NCBI GenBank assembly: GCA_051362555.1
Contig: CM120648.1
Coordinates: 7,436,587 to 7,500,586 of the forward strand
From: Lingula anatina
Taxonomy: Eukaryota > Animalia > Brachiopoda
DNA: 64,000 nt
Direction of reading: 5' to 3'
Shown: positions 39,974 through 55,780 of the stretch, piece after piece
How the letters are laid out: each line of letters starts with the position of its first letter
Position numbering within the stretch: position 1 is the stretch's first letter
Notes under the pieces: model-generated
Seen by the model: only the letters and a program-made list of their open reading frames with translations
What the model was told of the DNA's origin: nothing
Databases searched by the model: none
Program-made: the position numbers and the translations under genes

Positions 39974-41835
39974 AAAAGCTAATTTCATCAAAAATTATTG
40001 CCAGTTCGTTACAAAATGTTTTAACAAAATGGCACACTCACTTCAGCAATAAAATGGATGACAACAGTTTGTGGACTAGAATCCCGTTATTAAAAAATTT
40101 CCCACAGCCCTCTTATGGTTCTTTAGTCCCAGTCACTGTCCAAATCACACTTCCTAAGACTACAAAATCAAGTGCCTAATCTTAAAGTACTAGGCTGATT
40201 TTTTTTCACTCTTGATCAGAATGCATTTAATCTATAGATCATCTAAAGGCATGCCACCAACCCTGCCTTTACTAACACATACATGCACTATAACTTCTCC
40301 ATTGTATGTACTCAATACAAATACCCTTATAAATTATGTGTTACCCTGAAGGCTAACCAGGTCCCTCCTATATGACATGTTGCTAATGGACAAATGACTC
40401 TGAGATCTACAAATTATTTGAAATGTACAAATTAGACAATTGAGCATTTACACAAAGCAGCACCTCTCCCTTAACAAAAAGCCTGGGAATTATCTCATTT
40501 CATGGGTTCTGGTCTCCAAAGGAATAACAGGATTTCAGTGTTATGAAAGATTGGGTGGTTTCCTCCCACTTGTTCTGCACCTCTGAGTTTTCTCCGAGTT
40601 AAGTGACACTCCGTGAAAATGATACGCAGCAAAATTAAGGCACTTTCCAATTAGGTTTTTTTGTTTAGGAATTAGGAAGTATAAAGTGTGATTTTTTATC
40701 TATTTTATTTTCTTGCTTTCATCATATATCCTTTACTCAATTATAAATAAATATACTGTTTTTTGTTTTAGAAGAACAAGATCCAATGTAAAAATCAATC
40801 AATTCAGTGTATATATATATGTTGCAAGTTAATTTTAACTATTGGATATTTTGTATTTTCATAAAAATTGCTTCTTGGATTAGACTTTAATCAGCCCTAA
40901 AATAGTTATCTTTGCAAGAGCTCTGAATAAATACTTTGTATTTTAAGAAGCCAAGGAGCTCATACACAGCAGCAACAGTTTATGAAAGCAAGAAAAAACA
41001 ATCACAAATATGACTGTAATTGTTTTGCAACATTTATATGTCATAACTTTATTATGTGAAATAAGTCTTCCTGTCTTATTATGCTTTGATTAAACAAATC
41101 AATGATCAACTGCAACCACTTGCATATAAAAAGTAGGAGAAAAGGTTGGCATTTTGTGTAATAAATTACTAATTACCTAAAAATAATAATTGTAATTAAC
41201 ATTTTTCATAACTATTAAACAACAATATATTTTTCCGCCTGCTTCCCCCTCCCATTAAAAGGGGGAGCGCGAGCACGTCGCGTCAAAGGCTACATTTAGC
41301 TAGATTTATACCGAATCAACAAATGTTTTTCCGAGTCGTTCCGTGAGAGCAACTAATGGCTAAAACACAAGTCAGGCAGCTCTTTTAATATAATTACACG
41401 TAGACGAGAAATCTGATCGCTTCCGAACTAGGGCAACACAACCACTTGCTTGGCTTTTGCCTCTGGTGCCTACAAGAGCCTTCAGTCTTTCAGAGATGGG
41501 GCATCAAACGCTCACAAAGTTTACAAACTTTCCCATTACCCGCTCTAGATAATATTTAAACTAATAACCGAGTGTACTTCTGTATGTTAAGTCTATGAGG
41601 TCATACGAAAAAGGTCACGTAAGAAAACCCAATAAGTCGATACGAGAAAAAGCCAACGGCTGCTGTGAAGCCGGTCGTGATGCCATCTTTCACTTGTAAG
41701 TGACAGTCTGTGTAACTTTTTATAACTCTGATTTCCGCGATGCTTTCTTAGTAAACAATCACGCTGCGGGACGATCTGGGTAGAGTTTAGACACTTACTT
41801 TGCGTGAGCTTCCTCGCCTTGCCCTTGGAACGCAT
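9806..41835 (-). CDS. PRDM16: Prdm3/16 (MECOM/Evi1/PRDM16-like) PR-domain zinc-finger gene, 5' part only: exons 41799-41835 and 9806-10152; continues beyond the left edge
   Basis: Exon 1 encodes MRSKGKARKLTQ (cf. vertebrate MECOM MRSKGRARKL, PRDM16 MRSKARARKL). Exon 2 encodes [45 protein letters not shown]...DPSSAWE, the start of the PR domain. GT/AG sites join in frame (phase 1). Probably the single pro-ortholog of MECOM and PRDM16, so the symbol is approximate. Confidence 0.93.
13319..13395. mobile_element. 77-bp PIF/Harbinger-like mini-MITE
   Basis: About 28-bp imperfect TIRs GGGTG(T/C)GTTCACAATG(A/G)AA; 3-bp TSD CAA on both sides. Confidence 0.7.
16371..16413. repeat. Perfect 21-bp-arm palindrome with 1-nt spacer
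   Basis: GACATTGGAATATATATAACA-T-TGTTATATATATTCCAATGTC. Confidence 0.95.
20234..20368. mobile_element. Degenerate MITE with about 31-bp TIRs
   Basis: TTATCGCATAGTTGGAGCTTCAAACAGTAGG versus reverse complement of right end TTATCCCACAGTTGGCGCTTCAAACAATAGG. Confidence 0.6.
29715..29766. repeat. (CA)n microsatellite
   Basis: Direct reading. Confidence 0.95.
37930..38371. repeat. Perfect tandem duplication, 2 x 218 bp
   Basis: Copies start at 37930 and 38148; no differences seen by eye; AATAAA at all three junctions. Confidence 0.95.
39909..39971. repeat. Poly-C tract (poly-G on the Prdm sense strand)
   Basis: About 60 nt of nearly pure C. Confidence 0.9.
41799..41835 (-). CDS. PRDM16: Prdm3/16 coding exon 1 (37 nt)
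   Basis: ATG CGT TCC AAG GGC AAG GCG AGG AAG CTC ACG CAA A|GTAAGT, a consensus donor. Confidence 0.93.
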
Positions 41836-42130
41836 TTTCGGTCAGTAGTTGCTGCGGTTGAAGAGGGGACATGTACCCAAGACTTGCGAACCTCCCTCAC
41901 ACTGTCTTGTCAACATCTAAACACGCACCTGCTAGCGCATGCGCACTGCCTTGAAATCGACAAAGCTCATCTCGCGCCTTTGGCTTCGCTTACTTTATTT
42001 ACTTAAGGTGATTCTTTCTTGTAATTTGCGACGAATTGTTTGATTAAGTGATTAGCTTGTAAATACTCATCGTCGCTTGTTGTTAGCGGTTAGTCCGGGA
42101 TGTCAAGCATATTGTCAATGGGAATCGCGG
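41836..42130 (-). promoter_or_regulatory. Prdm3/16 5' UTR/promoter, CpG-enriched, with NRF1/P3A2-type palindrome
   Basis: Visibly CpG-rich versus flanks, directly upstream of the ATG; GCGCATGCGC at 41935-41944. Confidence 0.55.
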
Positions 42131-44236
42131 TCGATTAAATGGGTATATTTGCCGCCACCTGAAAAGTCTTCATATAACAATTTAACCCTACAAGGATATC
42201 ATATTATCAAAGTGTCATTTTACTAGTGTTAAAGGGAAGAAATACCGACAATATGCTGACGACAGATGTGAACATTTAGGTGATAATCTGAAACGCAGTA
42301 TGATACCAATTAACGTGAATTTGATACAGATAATCAACGAAATCTTAACCAAAAGAGACGATAGGCCTACTGCTTACCAGACAATTGTTTTCCTCGTTGG
42401 AAAATTAATTCTTGAAAATGTAGATGTGTTGTAGTTTTCAGAGATTAAATCTATTTCTAATGTATTTCTAAAACAGAATATCACTTTTATTACATGGGAG
42501 GTAATTAACGAGCTGCTAAAACGAATTTATTGGGTGAGATTCATTAGGCCTATACGTGTAATTCAAGGATAAAACGGAATAATTGATAAAAGCTTATTCA
42601 GCCATTTTACAGTACTTATATCATAAAATATATATGAAACAGAAATTATAGCCCTATTGGCATCTCAGGTTTAATATTGAGATGAATTAAAACAGGCATT
42701 TCAAAGAATCAAAAGTCATCGATTAAATATTACGTTTTGCTATTAAAAAGATGTGGCAGTTGGATAAAAACTTTTAAAAATCTTTTAGAGGATTAAGTGC
42801 ACTATTACTCGGTGGGAATTCAAAACATAAATAGAAGCTTTATTCTAAGTCTATCTGTATGAACACAGGTATTTTATATGAAATATTGTATAGGCAAAAG
42901 ATGTAGGTATCCACAGTGTATGTAATTTCAAAGGGTGTTCTTTTTAGAAAATATAAAAAAGCGAACCTTTTAATTCAGCCTTTTGACCCAGCTTGAGAAA
43001 TAGCATAGAATCTATATCATTGTATCAAACGGATCTTTTTCAGCAAAAAAGGATGATTCTTTAAAACTCCCTACCCCCCCCCCCCCAAGCCTACGAGCCT
43101 GACTGACCACTACGTACCTCCCTTGCCCAGTGATGTCAGTAAAAGTTAATTCCCATTGAAACCATCGGCGAAAACGGACTACGTAGACTGACCTTACTCC
43201 GCGGGGACTCTCGCTGAATTCAATCAGTTTAATAGGTACGGAAACCTTTAAACTAAATTTCCCATGCTCAAACCAGTTAAACTGAGTTGTGATACTTGTC
43301 GTGAACGATATTTTGGGTAGATCTGGATATTTTCTATCTTTGCAAGGAGAGATTAATTTGAAAGACCAGATAAATAGAGAGAGGCGAATGATGAAATATT
43401 TTGTAAGAGTGTACAATACGTCGAAAAGAATAATATTGTATAATATTGAATGACCAATAGGACGATATTACAAGGGTCTTACAAACGTTAAATTAAAGCA
43501 GAAATAAGAAAATGGACGATGGATCTGGTTTATATTATAATGTGTTCTTCATATGTAATTTAGCAAGAACGTAAATTGAATGTCCTTGGCAGTAGTAAAG
43601 ATGCACACTGTAAGATTTTCCCGCGAAAAACTCATACTCAACAACGGATTTTCTGGGATAAACGGTATCTTTCCTCCGAATAACCAATCTTTGATCCCGC
43701 TAAAATTTCTGAAACCCGACATATCTCTGTAACAATGTGAGGAAATTACAGAGTTCTCAACCCTGGCATTAAAAATAGTTTTTTCAAATCCCGCCATCCC
43801 TCCCAGCTCAACTAGCTCTCCGACTACCACAATGCGCGTGTTGTATAACTGCACTTAAATTCATGGTATTTATCTGTAAAAATATCAATAAAAATAATTT
43901 TCCTCAGATTAGTCGAATAAGAAATCTTTTGTGTACTTACCGCGTATTCAAAAGCTTACACTTTGTCACCTTGTTAAGGCGATGTCTTGTTAATGTTATT
44001 GAAGTTCTAAATGTTTCCCTCTATGTTTAGGCCGCTACACCAGCGTGCACATTTCATAGAGAAACATCGACATTTGGTACTTTTATTTAAGAGTTTTTAA
44101 AATCGGTTTTAATGTCTGCATTATGAAAGATAAGCTGTGTTTCAGGAGTTGTAGACACAGAAATTATGACTTTGGGGGCAATTTCAAACGCGGAAGTATA
44201 CCTTTAAGATGTGAAGAGGTCCGAGATTTGTACTGA

Positions 44237-44410
44237 TCGAAAGTAACAAATCCCAAGAAATAATCTAGGATTCTTTCTTCAAAGGTACCTTAGTCCTTTT
44301 CAAAGAATGTAAAGTATGATATCTCGAAAGTAACAAATCCCGGGAAATAATCTAAGATTCTCTCTTCAAAGGTACCTTATTCATTTCCAAGAATGTAAAG
44401 TATGATATCT
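44237..44410. repeat. Tandem duplication, 2 x about 87 bp, imperfect
   Basis: tcgaaagtaacaaatccc...gtaaagtatgatatc at 44237 and 44324. Confidence 0.9.
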
Positions 44411-44610
44411 TGAAGAGGGGTTTTGTCTCTTTGTCTAATGATAGCAAAAAGGGAAATCGTTGGTAAAAAGACTGGACGTGTTTCCTACGTCATAGGTAGA
44501 AAAAACGTTTTGTCTCTATAAAACAATTTACTTTTTACCATAATCACTATATTGTCTTGCTATGACGTTCCAACTTACAAGATCTCAGTTGTTTTTTCAG
44601 AAATGCTCTA

Positions 44611-44612
<2 letters not shown>

Positions 44613-44688
<76 letters not shown>
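44613..44688. repeat. (AT)n microsatellite
   Basis: Direct reading. Confidence 0.95.
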
Positions 44689-44696
<8 letters not shown>

Positions 44697-45572
44697 TTTT
44701 ACTTTCAAGGTTGAAACAAGTACCCCGATAAACTTAAAGTTAATTTTTTCTTCAATCAACCGTTAATATTGAAACTGATTACCTCCAATATTTCGACGTC
44801 TGTCTGGAACATCTTCATTACGGAGTGAGGCTATCTGGTTTAATAGGTTTGGGGAGGGTGGGGAGGGAAGTATATTTCCTTAATTGAAGCTATTTCCTAG
44901 ACAGAGTTAATAGAGGCAAACAATTTCAGTTTTGCTGTTGATTTGTGAAGTAGGGACGGGAACATTGTTCTTTTTTTTTTTTTTTTTTTTTGATAACCAC
45001 GTTTATTTAATTTTTTGGCGAATTTTATTGTCCTTGCTTCAGCTCTTTTCCTTTGATTCCACCTATAAAATCACTATCCACAGCCATTCTTCTTGAATTC
45101 TCATTCCCTGTGCAATTAAATTATTGTTCGTTTATAGGAGTCAAATAAAAACGTTTCAACCATTATCTAAAGAAGATATTTTTGCTATTGTAGCGTAATG
45201 AATATTTTGTTATACATACTATTTTAAAGGCAGGTGGGGACTCAAGGAATACTAATAGAAGGTCGTCTTGAATGAATTGTGAACGAGAGAAAATTTCAGC
45301 AAGCAAATCAGCGCTTTCTTAGGAATTGGGGAAAAAACTCAGTATGGTAAGTTTTCGGTCTTACAGGTGGGCGAGATACCCATCAAATTATCATTTTATG
45401 GCAAATGGGCCATGAGAATGGCGGTTGGGAGGGGGCAAGAAACGCACAGAAGATAAATAAACTAAAAAGCTGCAACGTGAAAAAGCTCGGAATGAAAAAA
45501 GAAACATTTAACGAAAGGGAAACCTATTTAAAACATCAGCAGCATCAAAAGAAAGGGAAAGTGGGAGCCAAG

Positions 45573-45842
45573 AAGGGTCGGATACAGGATTTTTAAGGGA
45601 GGGGGGTCCGCGGATGCGAAGCCGACCCCCCCTCCCCCACCTTGGCGTGGGGTCGGGGCCTGCTCAAGAGCCCCGAAAAATGTTGATATTTTAGAGGGCG
45701 AAGGGCGCCTTTTGGTACGGTATAAAACTCTGATTCAGCTAGTCAAAATTCTAATTTCAAAAGGGGACCATTGGAGTGATTTTTTTTCAGAAATCGAATG
45801 GGGGGTCAGGACCCCCTTGACACCTCCCTAAATCCGCCACTG
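45573..45842. mobile_element. 270-bp non-autonomous DNA transposon, hAT5-like
   Basis: Ends AAGGGTCGGATACAG ... CTAAATCCGCCACTG; 5-bp direct repeat CCAAG on both flanks. Confidence 0.65.
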
Positions 45843-46494
45843 CCAAGGACGCACATGGACGACATATAAGCGGGAAAAAAACACAAGTGCACTTCTGCAT
45901 TTTTCCAAAATTCTTTAAGGAGATTTATGAATAATTTTCCATTATAAGAGTTTTAAAGGTCGCGTATCTTGGTGAAGCTGCATTGTAGAAGACCCTTCCT
46001 TGGATTTCAAGATATCCTTTTTTAAACCTGTAGGGCATTATACATGAAGCAAATAAAATCTGTGGGTAAATTTTGCATTAGCAAACAAAAAGAATCCACT
46101 GTGGCCACAGAGTCCGCTAGCTACTAGTCTAATACAAAATTATTAATTTTCAATACTTGAATTTTGTATACTCTTTCACGGCCCCATGTGATACCAGAGC
46201 GTAAGAAAACAATGGGTTTCTCACTGGAGGACAAAGCCACCAACACTAAAGTGTACTTGTGCTGCAGAGGTCTAAACTGCCTGAGGTTGGGGTGCCTTCT
46301 TTCGAAGGTCCTTTCTAGCTGTTTAAAAAATGTATGAAAGACCCCTGTCGGATTCTAGACGATCAGGCGGGAAAAGGCTCGCCTTTTGCATTCCTAGGTG
46401 TACAGGTGAGTCTTTTATAAAGTTTTGTAACAACACTTCTTCTAGAGAGTAACATTTGGACGTTCATTCAAGGCTCAGCTAAGATGGGCTGGTT

Positions 46495-46648
46495 TATGGC
46501 CGACCCATTTGAAAGCTTTCCACATAAACCCCCTCGGGGAATCTATTCAGTGTCTATTGGGGGATTATGCAGCAAGCTTTCAAGTTGCACGGCCATATTT
46601 GATCCTCGAATCTGTTACTCCGGTGATCGACTTGTTCTGAATGCAGCC
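46495..46648. mobile_element. Truncated copy of palindromic Harbinger-like MITE family 1
   Basis: Matches the right two-thirds of 48366-48592 (tctattcagtgtctatt...gccatatttgatcc...acttgttctgaatgc). Confidence 0.7.
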
Positions 46649-46651
46649 TCA

Positions 46652-46866
46652 GGCTGTATTCCCAGAGCTTTTAGATCGATCTATCCCCGCGGGGAGTCTC
46701 ACTAGATTACTGTCAGATAATCCGGCTTAAATGTCCGTCCCGCCTACTACAAGCTGTAGGAGGGTAATTAACTTTCGTGTCCGCTCGGCTGACAGCTATT
46801 TAGCGTGAACCCCCAGGGAGTTAGGTCGATCTAAAGTAGATCGATTTAATCTCTGGAAATGGGGTC
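46652..46866. mobile_element. Palindromic Harbinger-like MITE abutting the previous element
   Basis: Ends GGCTGTATTCCCAGAG..AGATCGATCTA / TAGATCGATT..CTCTGGAAATGGGGTC; flanked by TCA and TTA. Confidence 0.55.
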
Positions 46867-47028
46867 TTAAAGGCCATATGGTTAACTCTCAAGGATACAA
46901 TTCATCTAATAAACAAGAAGAAAGTTTTCTCGAAGACTTTCTTGTTCTCCAAGATTTTCTATTTGAATCTCAAACTCAAGTTCCATCCTTTGAAAATACT
47001 GTGATAACCCTTTGCTCAAAACGTGCAC

Positions 47029-47455
47029 TTTCAAGGGAAACTCGCGACTGTTCATGTAGGTCGCTGGGTTAGAAGTATTAATTAAGGATTTTTAATTAGT
47101 ACATTTTCACACTGTGGACTAATGTCCCATACTGCGTTACTGATTTCATTTTCGTAATTATGAAAATTTGAAAGACATAAATTTGGCACCCTGATATCAA
47201 TAATTTTCTATATTTCGTTGAATCTGTCCTAAAATCGATGATTTTCAAGGGAAACTCGCGACTGTTCATGTAGGTCGCTGGGTTAGAAGTATTAATTAAG
47301 GATTTTTAATAAGTACATTTTCACACTTTGGACTAATGTCCCATACTGCGTTACTGATTTCATTTTCGTAATTATGAAAATTTGAAAGACATAAATTTGG
47401 CACCCTGATATCATAAATTTTCTATATTTCGTTGAATCTGTTCTAAAATCGATGA
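47029..47455. repeat. Tandem duplication, 2 x 214 bp, about 5 differences
   Basis: tttcaagggaaactcgcg... starts at 47029 and 47243. Confidence 0.93.
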
Positions 47456-48118
47456 ATGAAAACAATGACTTGTGAGGATGTGAAAGAACCTGTTCCTCTA
47501 AAATTCTTGGAAAAAACAAGGAGGCGCACACTGACATTTTTCGGATGATATTTAATAAGCATTCTAGTCCTAATTAAGACACCGGTAGAACTTGGGTATA
47601 GAGTTTAATTAAAGGTAGAACCGAGCGATGGTGGGGCACATATAAACCACGTCTCTTGGTTTTTTATACGACTCAAATAAAGTCGACATGCCAAGGGATA
47701 AACCGAATTAATCGTTTGATCAGCCATAAAAGAGCTTTACAATGCACCTTTTTTAGGTCTTTGGTCGTAAACTTAACCTTATTATCTCATCTACTTATCT
47801 GCCCCATTTATATACAGCATAGAAAGGCAGAAAAATCCGTTCAAATATCATTTTTCGGGGAACACGTAAAGTGATATCTTTTGGTATTTCTCTAAATTAT
47901 ACTATTTGAACTACGTGGTGACACTTGGTCGACTTTTTGTGGCAAAAATTGAGTTCATATACATCTTTGATCTCCCAGTGAACAGATATGGATAGTATCG
48001 AAAGCGGAAAATATTTAACAATTTTCTTCAAAAGAAAACTTCCTTTAGTACTAACAACCATACTGTGTCGTTGGACAGAACCTGAGAGGCATACAACCAC
48101 GTTATATTTTTATATAGC

Positions 48119-48121
48119 AAA

Positions 48122-48164
<43 letters not shown>
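48119..48164. repeat. (AAAT)n microsatellite
   Basis: Direct reading. Confidence 0.9.
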
Positions 48165-48365
48165 CCCAGAATATTTCAATAATTTACATTCCCATTGACC
48201 AGGATTTGAAAAGATGTCCCCATAAAACTTTTAAAAGAGGCATCTTTAGAGGTTTCAATAAAAGTGAGCTACTGATTGCCATTTCCTGTTTGGAACACGG
48301 AGAGCCACTAGAACATTTAGGCAAGTTGGTGCCATTTTACAAAAAGCACCTTGGACAAAAACTAT

Positions 48366-48592
48366 GGTCGCATTCACAACCAAAGTTGTTCCGCAGATTA
48401 ACAAATCTGCTGATCACATATGACCGACACACTTTCAAGAATATCGACCGGCGCATTTGAATTTTCGCGTAATCCCCGCGGGGTATCTATTCAGTGTCTA
48501 TTAGCCTATTATGCGGCAAGCTTTAAAGTTGGTCGGCCATATTTGATCCCCGGATCTGTTAGTCCGCAGATCAACTTGTTCTGAATGCGACC
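48366..48592. mobile_element. Palindromic Harbinger-like MITE family 1
   Basis: GGTCGCATTCA...TGAATGCGACC termini with about 60-bp imperfect arms; flanks TAT/TAA. Confidence 0.75.
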
Positions 48593-49296
48593 TAAGAAAT
48601 TGAATAAAACCATAGCTTGGAGTGGCAGCCCTTGAATCGATTTTCCACAGAAGTACGAGTAATAGTGGTTCTAGTTTTAATAAATGTGATTTGCGATTTT
48701 AAGATTTTATTTCCGTGAACTGTGATCACCCCCCCCCCCCCCCCACACACACACACACAATATGACCCTCTAGTGTTATATAGGGGCCTCCTGCAGATTT
48801 GCATACGCAGAAATTAGCTTGTTCATGGAAAATGTTCCATTTATAAATAACACCAAGATTCTTTGCGTTTGGCTCTGGCTTGATGTCACTGGCTCCAAGT
48901 TTTAGTTAAATATTTTTTCCGATATTTTCTGGTTGTGTGGCACTGTCACATCTAGCGTACGCCCTCCTCCCTAACATAAGGGAAAAACTGCCCATACGCA
49001 AACAGGCGCAAGGGAGTTGTTAGACTTGCGTTGTACACGTCTGGAGAACGCAGGTCTACGTTCGAATACCCGGAGGGAAATAGTATGTTTTGATATATAC
49101 AAAAACTATTTTGTACGCTGCTCATATCTTCAATTTAGAACTAATAGGGTGAAAAAACGGGGTGATTCCATGAGCTCAAAGTTGTATATAACCGATGTCA
49201 CATACGATACTCATAGGCCTACGTACCTCTTTACGCTAGATGTCACAGAGCCTTCATATCTACAGTGTACATGTACATTGAATCTTGTGCGTGTAA

Positions 49297-49547
49297 GACA
49301 CCATTCCATAGACACCATCGACCTACGTGGATCGACCCAACTCTGCAGGATCTGTCGCTATGTGCAACCAGTTTAAATAAATGACGCGCCTCCACTTGTT
49401 TCCAACGTACTTGATAATCAACAGATTTTCTGAATTCTACTCACCAGGAGGAGGCGTGTCATTCAGTTTAACTGGTTGCAGTCAGCAAGAGTCCCCGTAG
49501 AAGTTGGGTTGATCCATGTTGACTGATGGTGTTATGGGGATAGGGCC
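49297..49547. mobile_element. Long-arm palindromic MITE family 2
   Basis: About 95-bp imperfect inverted arms (ccatagacaccatc..ggatcgacccaact..tgcaaccagtttaaataaatgacgcgcctcc and its complement); right end TAGGGCC. Confidence 0.7.
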
Positions 49548-50847
49548 TTGGGATAGCTTGTTTGACTATATGGATTATCTTTGGTCGAAAGCTACATTTA
49601 TAGTAAGTAAGACAAGCAGCAGAGGACTACATACATATTTAGCAGGATCCGTTTTTGGTACGACTGATATAAAGACAGAGGATCCAGTTTATGTCCTGTA
49701 GAAATAAAAATGATTTTGTTGTAAATAAACATTTTGTGACTCTAATGCAGAATTTAGAATATCGAAAGTGCATTTTAATGTGCATTTTAGTAAAAGAAAC
49801 GTGCAAGTGATAAATCTGTAAAATCTTATCAACGTGAAAAAGAGCGGAATGGACACAAACTTAAGGCTACTGTATGCGTTTGCTAAAAACACCTTATTTA
49901 CTGCCTTATTTACATAAATCTTCAGTGTTCAGTGACTAAATTGATTAACATTTACACATATGTCATCTTACGGGTGACGTCATAATTGCGATTTGGGGGT
50001 AAATATGGAAAAATCGACTTATCAAATTTCTCCTTTACCTGAGCACCCAGGAACACCGTTTCAACGCCCAGTACAGCCAGCGAATTTTCTTAAAACCCTT
50101 AGTTCAGATTTTTTCGTTGACAAAGCAAAGTAATGCTTTTGTTTAATGAAAATCTGTTATTATAACTACATACCAAAAACTTTTAAGCCAAAATGACGGC
50201 ACCGGATTGTAACCCATAGACTTGTGGTTACCTTTGCCAATTTTCGTCGTAAAGTCTCCTTCAGGGATGAAGTTAAGCCCCATAACGATAGCTATCTCAC
50301 CTAAAAATAGAAAAGTGTGAAATTGACGATAAAAGCTTTAAGTGGCCCATGCTTATACATAGCAACCAGAAAAATAAACGCTGATGTTTTATATATTCCA
50401 AGGGAATTTTATCACTATAAATCAGCTCAAAGGTAGATGCATTATTGAATAATTAGATTATGGAAAAACTCATTTTCGGTATTTGGAAGATAATAAACCC
50501 TAACAGTACCCTTAGGAAAGAGAACGTTAACGCTATTAAAACGTTTTACTTTAAGAACTTATAAGCCAGCGCGAATTGGTGAGACTGTAAGGCCCTTTAT
50601 TTTTTATTTCTTTTTTCAATCTGTCCACCACTAACTTTTTCTTTTTCAAAAGTTTGTGGTTGTGTCTCAAGGGCTTGATGTATTATAATACTAAGAAAGT
50701 CCATGAAACATTTTGTTGCCAAAAGTTTTCGTTTAAAATCTCAAATCCAATTTTCAGCCAAAAAGAATACTGTGATACCCCCCTACTCAGAGCGTGCTCT
50801 TTCACACTCTTTACAGCAGTTTTACGGAAAGGTCAGTGCCAACCAAA

Positions 50848-51053
50848 GGCTAAATTCACAACCAAAGTTGATCCGAAGACTAACAGATCTGCGGATCGAA
50901 TATGGCTGACCCAGTTGAAGACTTACCGCGTAATCCTTGCGAGGTATCTATTCAATGGCTATTTTAAAAGGGATAAGGCGACAAGCAAGTGGATCAGGCA
51001 TATGTGATCCGCGGATCCGTTAGTCGGCGGATCAACTTGTTCTGAAAGCGTCC
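50848..51053. mobile_element. Palindromic Harbinger-like MITE family 1, diverged copy
   Basis: attcacaaccaaagttgatccg...gatcaacttgttctgaa shared with the 48366 copy; flanks AAA/AAA. Confidence 0.72.
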
Positions 51054-51148
51054 AAAGATATTATCCAGCCCACGAATGTTTGTATACGGGAGAGTTTTTT
51101 GCTGGGCAAGTGAATTGTATTGACTGTAAATAGGGTTGAGTGATGCTG

Positions 51149-51149
51149 A

Positions 51150-51211
<62 letters not shown>
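51149..51211. repeat. (AAT)n microsatellite
   Basis: Direct reading. Confidence 0.95.
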
Positions 51212-51212
<1 letters not shown>

Positions 51213-51989
51213 TAGATGAGGATGACGATGATAAATCAATTAAGTTTACTTTATCATTCATCTTTTTCCTTTTTGTTTTAATTTCTTGTGAAGTAGTTAA
51301 ATTTCGAAGTTATTTCTGAAGCTTATTTTCTTAGTATTTTTCAAGATTTAAAAAGTTTTCTTGTTTAATTTTTCATTTAACTATTTATTTTTTTACAAAA
51401 TATGTCGTTTTTGCTTTTTTCATGTCAATCCGTCTGAGGGAATGGTCTCCGAGTATTCACTATCCTTGTGGCGTGGTAAAGACATTGTGTTTGTTGCGCT
51501 GTCTTCTGTGCACATGGTAAAAATCACAATCGGATGAAATGCTTCTGTTCGTTCTTTTGAACGAACCTTTTGGCACAACATTATTCCATTTTATTCGTTA
51601 AAAAAATTATGCAAGGTGAAAAACAGATGAGTTTCAATTTCATCTTGCTAACAAAAACAAAATAGCAACGACAAAAAATGTTTATTATTCTGGGACATAG
51701 ATGAACAGTCGTCCGTATATACGAACACGCTCAGAGTCAGAATACTTGTCAATCGACCTTGACCTGTCTAGTAAATGAAACCTTCGTCCAGCGTGTCCGG
51801 TTATAACCCATGTACGCACAAACAGAGATCAGTTTGTAGGCCATCTCGGGAGATAGTGCACTGGCTGCTGCCTGTAGATGCTGATCGTATACAGAGGTTA
51901 ATATTCTTTACGTTTTAGATTTTATATTTTTGGTAATTATAATTATATTAATTTTGTGCCATGGCGATCCCCCCTCCCTCCCTTCCTAC

Positions 51990-52037
<48 letters not shown>

Positions 52038-52428
52038 AAGAGAGAGAGGGGGAGAGAGCTAGCTCGTTTTAAGATCTTTTAAGGGTGGTGGCCAAGAATT
52101 ACCGTGTAAATATGTTTAACAAACTTATTCTTCTCTGTGTTCTCTGTAATCTAACCCAGTGGTCATATATGGATTGTTTGACGGGCTGTCTTTCTCTTGT
52201 GGAAAAGAAGGGTTATCAGGATGGGGTGGGTGTGCATGGATGGAGGTGGGATGATGAAAGGAGTGAAAAAAGAGAACAAATGAACTTGCAAGTTAATAAT
52301 TAACAATTAAAGACACTAGAAGTAGTTGGATATGAATTTCAGCAAAGTAAATACACTGACTGCTATGGTAATTGATCATGAATGTGTTTTTTAAAAAAGA
52401 AATATGTTCCTTTATAACTTCTTTTTAT

Positions 52429-52472
<44 letters not shown>

Positions 52473-52532
52473 ATAGTTATTATTAATATTATTCATTATT
52501 TTATAATTTATTATTACATGTGAGAAGGTTGA

Positions 52533-55780
<3,248 letters not shown>

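Noticed and set aside
41593-41798. Continuation of the 80-aa ORF after MRSKGKARKLTQ
   Set aside because: Read-through into the intron past a consensus GTAAGT donor; no homology.
37930-47455. Direct repeats considered as a CRISPR-like array or LTR pairs
   Set aside because: Only two abutting copies each, with no spacers and no TG..CA/PBS; eukaryotic context.
44201-47615. Kolobok-like TTAAAGG/CCTTTAA ends (44201, 45224, 45953, 46867, 47609)
   Set aside because: Could not pair them into elements with matching TIRs; plausible remnants but unsupported.
43012-51261. ORFs of 100-134 aa in the intergenic region
   Set aside because: No recognisable domains or transposase motifs; several overlap MITEs or microsatellites.
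51780-51900. Possible non-coding first exon and promoter of SRM (CpG-rich, GAG|GTTAAT)
   Set aside because: Weak splice signals; needs transcript data.
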